DNA of 24,000 bases from contig CP139021.1 in assembly GCA_034044135.1 (NCBI GenBank), forward strand, positions 735,635-759,634. The letters run 5' to 3'. The notes beneath the pieces are model-generated. The model ran no database searches, was not told where the DNA came from, and saw only the letters and a list, made by a program, of their open reading frames with translations. Shown piece by piece: positions 18,775 through 24,000 of this stretch (positions are counted from its first letter, which is position 1; each line of letters starts with the position of its first letter). Position numbers and translations under genes: made by a program. The DNA is from Flammeovirgaceae bacterium SG7u.111 (GTDB lineage Bacteria > Bacteroidota > Bacteroidia > Cytophagales > Flammeovirgaceae).

Positions 18775-19148
18775 TAAAAACAGATTCCTACGCTCAGGCG
18801 CAAACTATTTACATGATAGGTATATTCGTATCCCTTAACGGTTAGCAGTTTTTTTTTCATCTTATCGTAAGAGAAATAAAGAATAGTTAAGCTAGTAGAG
18901 TAAGTAGCCCTGGGATAGCTAAAAAAAATAGATAGTTTTGCTGCGGTTATGTGTGTGTTAATTAGCTATAAACATAGCAAATGCTTTTTGTGAACACAAA
19001 TTTCTCTTCAAATATTTATACAAATACAGCTTGTTAAAAAGCGTGGATGCTGGGTTGAATCTGTATAACCAATTTCCTCACGCTCTTATCTATCCCACAA
19101 ATCCCCAAGTTTTTTGCTTTATATCTTCTCATTACTATAATTTTGGCG

Positions 19149-21323
19149 ATGCTTCGGAAAAACTCAAAAATCATTTTATTTAGTATTGGTCTTATGCTGC
19201 TCACTCAAGCTGCAAAAGCCCAAAAATTGCCCTTTGGTTTGGGCAAAAAAGTGAAATATGAGCAGGTAGAGGAAGCCATAAATCAGCATCAGCCCGAAAT
19301 AGCTAAAAAAATGCTCTGGGCAATGCTAGAAGACCAACAAAGCAATGCGCTAGCTAACTATAAGTTGAGCTATCTTTACTACGAAGACCTCAAAAAAATA
19401 GAGCTGGGACAGAGTGCGCTGCTCACACCTACTTACGACTCTGCCATGCACTATGCAGAGTACGCCATTTATTTTGCCAACAAAAAAGACTTTCGGAAGA
19501 ACAAAAAATACTACCAACAAGAGTTGGCCACCTTCAAGCCCAGTTTGGAAATGGTACAGTATCATTTCCAAGAATACCTTTCTAGCCTCAATACCTATGT
19601 TATGGGTATAAAATCTATTACACATGCTTGGGAAACAGTGAAGGAGAATTATACTTTAGCTGAGAACAAGTATGGCGGGCTGGTGAATACTTACAAAAGC
19701 TTGCCCAATCTTTACTTTAAAGCCGACGGTGATTTGGTAGATACCTTAGAAACGATTTACCAGGCCTTCGATACGGTGGAACATTATATCAATATCCAAA
19801 ATAGGCTTACCAAAACAACAGATTTTGAAAAGTATAAGCGGAATTATTTGCTCAACATTATAGAGGAGTTTAGCGAACACCGAGTACCCGAGCATATTTT
19901 TGACGAGAAAAATGTAGTACTTTCCAACTACGGGGAATGGTCGAGAAAAGTGCTCAAAACTATTCGGCAAGAGATTTTTCCTATGAAAAGCCGCATCCTT
20001 GATGTGGACGAGAACCTCAGCCGAGTGCTGAGCGAAGCCGCAAAAGGAATCTATTCCAATGAACTCCTCGATAGCGACCACGAACTGATCTACGATCTTT
20101 TTCGGCTCGATAACAATTCTCTTGCAGCCAAACTTTTGATTTATAAAAGGCTAAAAGCTGAATATTATTTCCTAAAAGCAAGGGCACTGGACAGCCTCAA
20201 TACGCTTGATGTGTTGGTAGATACCGATAGGCTTTCCAAAAAAATATTGGAGTGCAAAGATGTGCTCGACCATATAAATGCGGTGGATAGCGAGATAAGC
20301 AAGTACCAGCAATATATCTCCATGGCCTATGGCGGAGCGGATAACCTGCACCGCTTTTTGGAGCAAGAAACGAGGTATGTAAATAATGAGCTGAAAAGCC
20401 TGAACGGCGATGCACTTGAAACCAATTCGGTAGATGAACAAATCGCCTTGCGAAAGCAACCAAGTGCTACTCCGCACATCTTGCCCTTGGGGCAAGGCGT
20501 GAATACCGATTCGCTCTTGGCGTTTGGCAGCTACATCACCACACACCAAATTCCCTTGCCCGAGCAAGAGCAGTTAGTCGCAGGTATTTGCCCCGCACCC
20601 GACAAAGTGCACCGCGATGCGTTCATTGCCAAGCTCGACAAAGATGGGCAGATTTTTTGGCTCAGAAGGTTCATCACCAAGCACGAGGGCCACTACAGCG
20701 ACCACAAAGTGCAGCTTTTCAATCTGCCTACCGAGGTGATGCTCATGAGCGTAGAATCCTATGCAGGCCAGTTTTCCCAGCATCGAATAGTAATGGCCGA
20801 GCTAGATGGCGAACTCTTGCTCGACAAAAAACTGCCGCCCAACAAATTCCCCCGACAGCTCCTGTATGCTTCGGACGCAGAAAAGATTTATTATGTAACC
20901 AAAGGAAAGGGCAAGGAAGATCGCTTTGAACAATTGGAAACGTGTTACTTACACCAAATGAATCCATTTGGCAGGGAGCAAATTACCGATAGCCTGCGGT
21001 TTAGGGGGGTATTCACCGATTTGGTGAAGATCAATGAAGGCTTTGTGATGGTCGGGAATTTTTTGGAATATGTTGACCAGAAGGGAAAGAAGGTCAGTAG
21101 CCAAGCACTCGAAAGAGGTGGGTTCAATGTGATGCTTGCCTTCTTCGATAAACATGGAAAGCTTACTGAAATAAAGCCGCTATTTTCCGAAAAACCTGTG
21201 ATGGCCAGAGAGGCTGTTTTTACCAAGGAAGGAAAAGTAGTGATAGCTGGTTTGCAAGGAAATTATATTTTTGGCAACAAAGACAACATATCGGGAGGAA
21301 AGTATTGGGAGTACGAGTTTTGA
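19149..21323 (+). CDS. Large secreted hypothetical protein (helical N-terminal half, beta-rich C-terminal third)
   Basis: The signal peptide MLRKNSKIILFSIGLMLLTQAAKAQ begins at ATG 19149. The track start at 19143 is a TTG. No family was recognised. The protein ends ...GGKYWEYEF. Confidence 0.75.
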   Translation: MLRKNSKIILFSIGLMLLTQAAKAQKLPFGLGKKVKYEQVEEAINQHQPEIAKKMLWAMLEDQQSNALANYKLSYLYYEDLKKIELGQSALLTPTYDSAMHYAEYAIYFANKKDFRKNKKYYQQELATFKPSLEMVQYHFQEYLSSLNTYVMGIKSITHAWETVKENYTLAENKYGGLVNTYKSLPNLYFKADGDLVDTLETIYQAFDTVEHYINIQNRLTKTTDFEKYKRNYLLNIIEEFSEHRVPEHIFDEKNVVLSNYGEWSRKVLKTIRQEIFPMKSRILDVDENLSRVLSEAAKGIYSNELLDSDHELIYDLFRLDNNSLAAKLLIYKRLKAEYYFLKARALDSLNTLDVLVDTDRLSKKILECKDVLDHINAVDSEISKYQQYISMAYGGADNLHRFLEQETRYVNNELKSLNGDALETNSVDEQIALRKQPSATPHILPLGQGVNTDSLLAFGSYITTHQIPLPEQEQLVAGICPAPDKVHRDAFIAKLDKDGQIFWLRRFITKHEGHYSDHKVQLFNLPTEVMLMSVESYAGQFSQHRIVMAELDGELLLDKKLPPNKFPRQLLYASDAEKIYYVTKGKGKEDRFEQLETCYLHQMNPFGREQITDSLRFRGVFTDLVKINEGFVMVGNFLEYVDQKGKKVSSQALERGGFNVMLAFFDKHGKLTEIKPLFSEKPVMAREAVFTKEGKVVIAGLQGNYIFGNKDNISGGKYWEYEF

Positions 21324-21402
21324 AAAAATAAATGCGAAATCCCCTTTTTTACCGTAAATTCTTTATTAATTAGCAACCCCAATCCACTAACCAAGATTCC
21401 AA

Positions 21403-21894
21403 ATGGCAAAAAATATCATATTATTCAGGCATGCAGAAGCTCTTGAGCCCAATATTGCCATTAAAGATTTCGACCGACCGCTTACCCCCCAAGGAGCACA
21501 AGATGCTTCGAGAATGGGAAAAACCCTAAGGGAAACCCAAGTGAAAATAGATGCCTTTTATAGCAGCTCGGCACTAAGGGCAACCGAAACAGCTGAGCGA
21601 GTTGCCGAACAACTACCTTACGATGTAAATGATATTTTCTTTGAAGAAGATATTTACAATATTTCTCTGGGCAAGTTGCTAATGTTTATCCAAAACCTTG
21701 ATTCAGACCTAGAAACGGTGCTGATATTGGGACACAACCCAACCATTACCTACTTCACAGAATACATTACCGGTGAGGGAAACCTCCATTTCTCCCCAGC
21801 AAATGCTGCCCTCATTTCCTTCGATATAGCTAATTGGAAAGAAGCCGACAAAGGAAAAGGCAAGCTAGAATGGGTGAAAAAACCGATTCATTAA
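21403..21894 (+). CDS. sixA: SixA-type phosphohistidine phosphatase (histidine phosphatase superfamily)
   Basis: ILFRHAEA near the N-terminus (RHG-type motif), SSALRATETA and LILGHNPT. The size of about 160 aa fits SixA. Confidence 0.8.
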   Translation: MAKNIILFRHAEALEPNIAIKDFDRPLTPQGAQDASRMGKTLRETQVKIDAFYSSSALRATETAERVAEQLPYDVNDIFFEEDIYNISLGKLLMFIQNLDSDLETVLILGHNPTITYFTEYITGEGNLHFSPANAALISFDIANWKEADKGKGKLEWVKKPIH

Positions 21895-22045
21895 CCGAAG
21901 GAGTTAGCTGATAAACCAGGTGCCACCTCACCTAATTTGTCATTCCGTGGCCGATGTGGGGTCTCCCTCCGATGCACAGAAAAGGCTTGTATGAGATATT
22001 CCCACTTTTGTAGGACTGACCGATAATTCAGAGATTATTGATAAA

Positions 22046-22693
22046 ATGAAAATCTACGTCATAAGTGGATTGGGAGCTGACAAACGGATCTTTCAGTTTT
22101 TAACTCTCAAGTATCAACTTGTTCCGTTGGACTGGATAGAACCGAAGAAAAACGAGCCGTTGGAGAGCTACGCTGCCCGCCTTTCCCAATCCATTGACAC
22201 TTCCAAAGATTTCATTTTACTTGGGGTAAGTTTTGGCGGCTTGGTCGCTACGGAAATCGGCAAGTTCCTTTCACCCAAACAGACCATCCTTATTTCCTCT
22301 GCGGAAACTGCTGCTGAGCTTCGGTCTATTTACCGCCTCTTTGGCAAACTAAATTTAATCCGCTTCATTCCCAAGCCTTTTTTGAATATGCCCGCATGGC
22401 TAGCAAATTTGCTATTCGGAGCAAAAAACAAACAGCTTCTCGCTGAAATCATCCAAGATACCGACTTGGGCTTCCTAAAATGGGCATTGGCTGAGCTTAT
22501 GCAATGGAAGAACCAAACGAGACTTCCAAACTGCCTAAAAATAGAAGGAGGAAATGACTTGCTTCTTCCTCCAACTAAAAGCACAAATGCTATTCTTATT
22601 CCCCAAGGAGGACATTTTATGATTGTGGATAAAGCAGAGGAAATTAGTGGGGTGATTAATGAGAGGATTGCCTCTTTGGGTTTGGGCAACTAG
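22046..22693 (+). CDS. Alpha/beta-fold hydrolase
   Basis: MKIYVISGLGADKRIF, the nucleophile elbow GVSFGG, and a C-terminal GGHFM histidine motif. Confidence 0.8.
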   Translation: MKIYVISGLGADKRIFQFLTLKYQLVPLDWIEPKKNEPLESYAARLSQSIDTSKDFILLGVSFGGLVATEIGKFLSPKQTILISSAETAAELRSIYRLFGKLNLIRFIPKPFLNMPAWLANLLFGAKNKQLLAEIIQDTDLGFLKWALAELMQWKNQTRLPNCLKIEGGNDLLLPPTKSTNAILIPQGGHFMIVDKAEEISGVINERIASLGLGN

Positions 22694-22701
22694 CATTTGT
22701 G

Positions 22702-22862
22702 CAACCCCTCACGGGGTTGAAAACAAATATCAAATCCCATTAACTACAATTCTGAAACCCCTTCGGGGTATTACTTGGAAGGTCAAAGAAATGCTGAACC
22801 TCGTAGAGGTTGCATAATTGTAGAAAGAGAACGGGAAAAAAGAACAACGCCGTTAGGTGTTG
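22702..22862. repeat. Cluster of four REP-like short hairpins in a convergent intergenic region
   Basis: Unit 1: CAACCCC-tcac-GGGGTTG (22702-22719). Unit 2: AAACCCC-ttc-GGGGTAT (22755-22771, one mismatch). Unit 3: AACCTC-gta-GAGGTT (22797-22811). Unit 4: CAACGCC-gtta-GGTGTTG (22845-22862). Units 3 and 4 share the flank GTTGCATAA. Confidence 0.6.
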
Positions 22863-22871
22863 CATAAAAAG

Positions 22872-23261
22872 TCACTTCTTCTCAGACTGATTTTTGTATT
22901 TTTCTCTAAATGCCTCTATATAAGTAATGAGTTTGCTTTCAGAAAGGTCAGTTGAGTAAAGATGGTATTTATACTCTTCAGCCCTTCCCAGTATTTTTAT
23001 AACCAAATAACATATTTCACTCTTCCCAGAACTTTTCCATTTAATACAGACCCGCATCACCATTTCCCACGGAATGAAAATATCTTCGTCACAAAACTCA
23101 ATACCTTCGTCATCTATGTTGATATATACTTTCTTTTTCGACAGTAATTTTATGCCAAAAATTGAAGGAATTAGAGCTATAATTAACAAAACTAACATCG
23201 CTAAAATTGCACCTTCTTTGTGTTCAAAAAAATAAAGATGTAATACAAACGCAAGGAACAT
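22872..23261 (-). CDS. Small membrane protein (two N-terminal TM helices plus a soluble domain), possibly 5'-truncated
   Basis: TM helices are FLAFVLHLYFF and AILAMLVLLIIALIPSIFGI, followed by a roughly 85-aa domain. The frame stays open upstream of the ATG to 23339, across the proposed IS end, with no further ATG. Confidence 0.55.
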   Translation of the reverse strand: MFLAFVLHLYFFEHKEGAILAMLVLLIIALIPSIFGIKLLSKKKVYINIDDEGIEFCDEDIFIPWEMVMRVCIKWKSSGKSEICYLVIKILGRAEEYKYHLYSTDLSESKLITYIEAFREKYKNQSEKK

Positions 23262-23272
23262 AGGGAAAATAA

Positions 23273-24000
23273 GGCTCTTTATGAATTTACTTGAACGCTT
23301 ATCTTTGTATTCAAAAAACGATGAATTTTCTATCTCAATTTAGTGACTTACTTCCTGTTCTACCACCTTTTGAGTTAGTTCTAGCAGAACGTGACGAGCC
23401 TAGCAACACCGTACATCTATATTTAGAGGTTCCACCTGAAGCTACCCCAAAAAAATGCTCTATTCATAGCTATTACGACCGTACCTGGGAACACTTAAAG
23501 CTTTTTCAATATCGCTGTTTTATCCATTGTAAGCTTCCTATATACAAAGATAGGGATACCGGTAAACTATCTAAGGCAGAGGTTTCCTTTTCTAGAGATT
23601 ATTCGCGGTTCACACTTATGTTTGGGCAAGAAGTCATGCGTTTGATGCATATCCACCATTGTTTTACGGCAGTAGCCAGGACACTTGGCATTCGAGTCCA
23701 ACGGGTTGAGCATATTTATCATCATTATACCCAACATCTTGAAGATGACTACTATAGTCAGCATACAGCCTCTAGGATTGCTTATGATGAAACCTCTACC
23801 CGTAAGGGACATGAATACATCACCAGCTTTTTTGATCTAGATACTTGGCAACTACCCGGTAGTTACGAAGGTAGATCTTCTGAATGTGTTGCCCGATTTA
23901 AGCAAGATCATCCCTATCCAGAAGCAGTAGAAGAAATTTCCATTGATATGTCCCCTGCCTTCATCAAGGGGGCCAAACAGTGTTTTCCACAGGCTAAGGT
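23273..24000 (+). mobile_element. Left part of an ISL3-family insertion sequence (continues beyond the window)
   Basis: It contains the transposase ORF below. The candidate terminal repeat GGCTCTTTATGAATTTACTTG at 23273 resembles the GGCTCTT-type ISL3 ends I recall from memory. The right end is not in the window, so the boundary is provisional. Confidence 0.65.
23321..24000 (+). CDS. ISL3-family transposase, 3'-truncated by the window edge
   Basis: My own translation is open from ATG 23321 to the edge (226 codons, no stop, so it is absent from the ORF track). It reads MNFLSQFSDLLPVLPPFELV...RIAYDETSTRKGHEYITSFFDL...EGRSSECVARF...VEEISIDMSPAFIKGAKQCFPQAKV, which matches the ISL3 DDE region pattern. 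Confidence 0.85.
   Translation, partial: MNFLSQFSDLLPVLPPFELVLAERDEPSNTVHLYLEVPPEATPKKCSIHSYYDRTWEHLKLFQYRCFIHCKLPIYKDRDTGKLSKAEVSFSRDYSRFTLMFGQEVMRLMHIHHCFTAVARTLGIRVQRVEHIYHHYTQHLEDDYYSQHTASRIAYDETSTRKGHEYITSFFDLDTWQLPGSYEGRSSECVARFKQDHPYPEAVEEISIDMSPAFIKGAKQCFPQAK

Noticed and set aside
19138-19145. TAATTTTG, a match to the Bacteroidota -7 promoter consensus TAnnTTTG.
   Set aside because: It lies only 4 nt upstream of the ATG at 19149, so a transcript starting downstream of it would lack the start codon. I did not report it as a promoter. The TAAAATTTG upstream of rpsL (about 11150) is only an imperfect match and was also left out.
20172-20967. Several overlapping 69-131-aa ORFs on both strands, for example 20588-20929 with an Arg/Pro/Gln-rich product.
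   Set aside because: All lie inside the 724-aa secreted-protein gene, in a locally GC-richer stretch where stop codons are rarer. Their compositions are typical of out-of-frame translation.
21930-22010. The segment TGTCATTCCGTGGCCGATGTGGGGTCTCCCTCCGATGCAC, which is reminiscent of dispersed short repeats seen in some Bacteroidota intergenic regions.
   Set aside because: There is only one copy in the window, I could not define a clear palindrome, and the similarity is a vague recollection.
1-24000. A search by eye for tRNA, rRNA, CRISPR arrays or long tandem repeats.
   Set aside because: I saw no T-arm-like GGTTCGAATCC-type motifs in non-coding DNA, no regularly spaced 25-40-nt direct repeats and no rRNA-like segments. 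A tRNAscan or Rfam scan would be needed to exclude small RNAs formally.

Overview
The window looks like a Bacteroidota chromosome, probably Cytophagales-like. This is inferred from gene content and from the rpsL-rpsG-fusA-rpsJ arrangement without tuf. GC is roughly 40% by eye and was not computed. I support about 24 protein genes. The housekeeping core is aroC (9970-11046), then rpsL, rpsG, fusA and rpsJ (11181-14595), ending at a strong bidirectional terminator opposite a convergent phoH-like gene. Accessory and poorly characterised genes flank the core. On the left are a DUF2490-like barrel fragment, a MORN-repeat membrane protein, a convergent Uma2 endonuclease / NYN-LOTUS pair, a di-haem peroxidase-like cytochrome, and an HD phosphohydrolase fused to a Pycsar-effector-like membrane module. 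That HD gene abuts a three-gene membrane sensing cluster: DUF3667, a GyrI-like anchor protein and an orphan histidine kinase. On the right are a GH29 fucosidase, a decaying OMP-like locus, a 724-aa secreted orphan protein, SixA and an alpha/beta hydrolase. Three items are absent from the ORF track: (1) an ISL3-family transposase running off the right edge (23321->24000), apparently inserted against a small membrane gene; (2) four REP-like hairpins with compensatory stem changes at 22702-22862; (3) a 1-nt frameshift in the OMP-like gene at about 18205. I found no tRNA, rRNA or CRISPR array. I cannot demonstrate a complete novel system. The best candidates are the orphan HD-PycTM-like gene and its sensor neighbours, the Uma2/NYN-LOTUS pair, and the hairpin-repeat cluster next to the IS. 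All family assignments come from motif recognition by eye and memory, not from searches.
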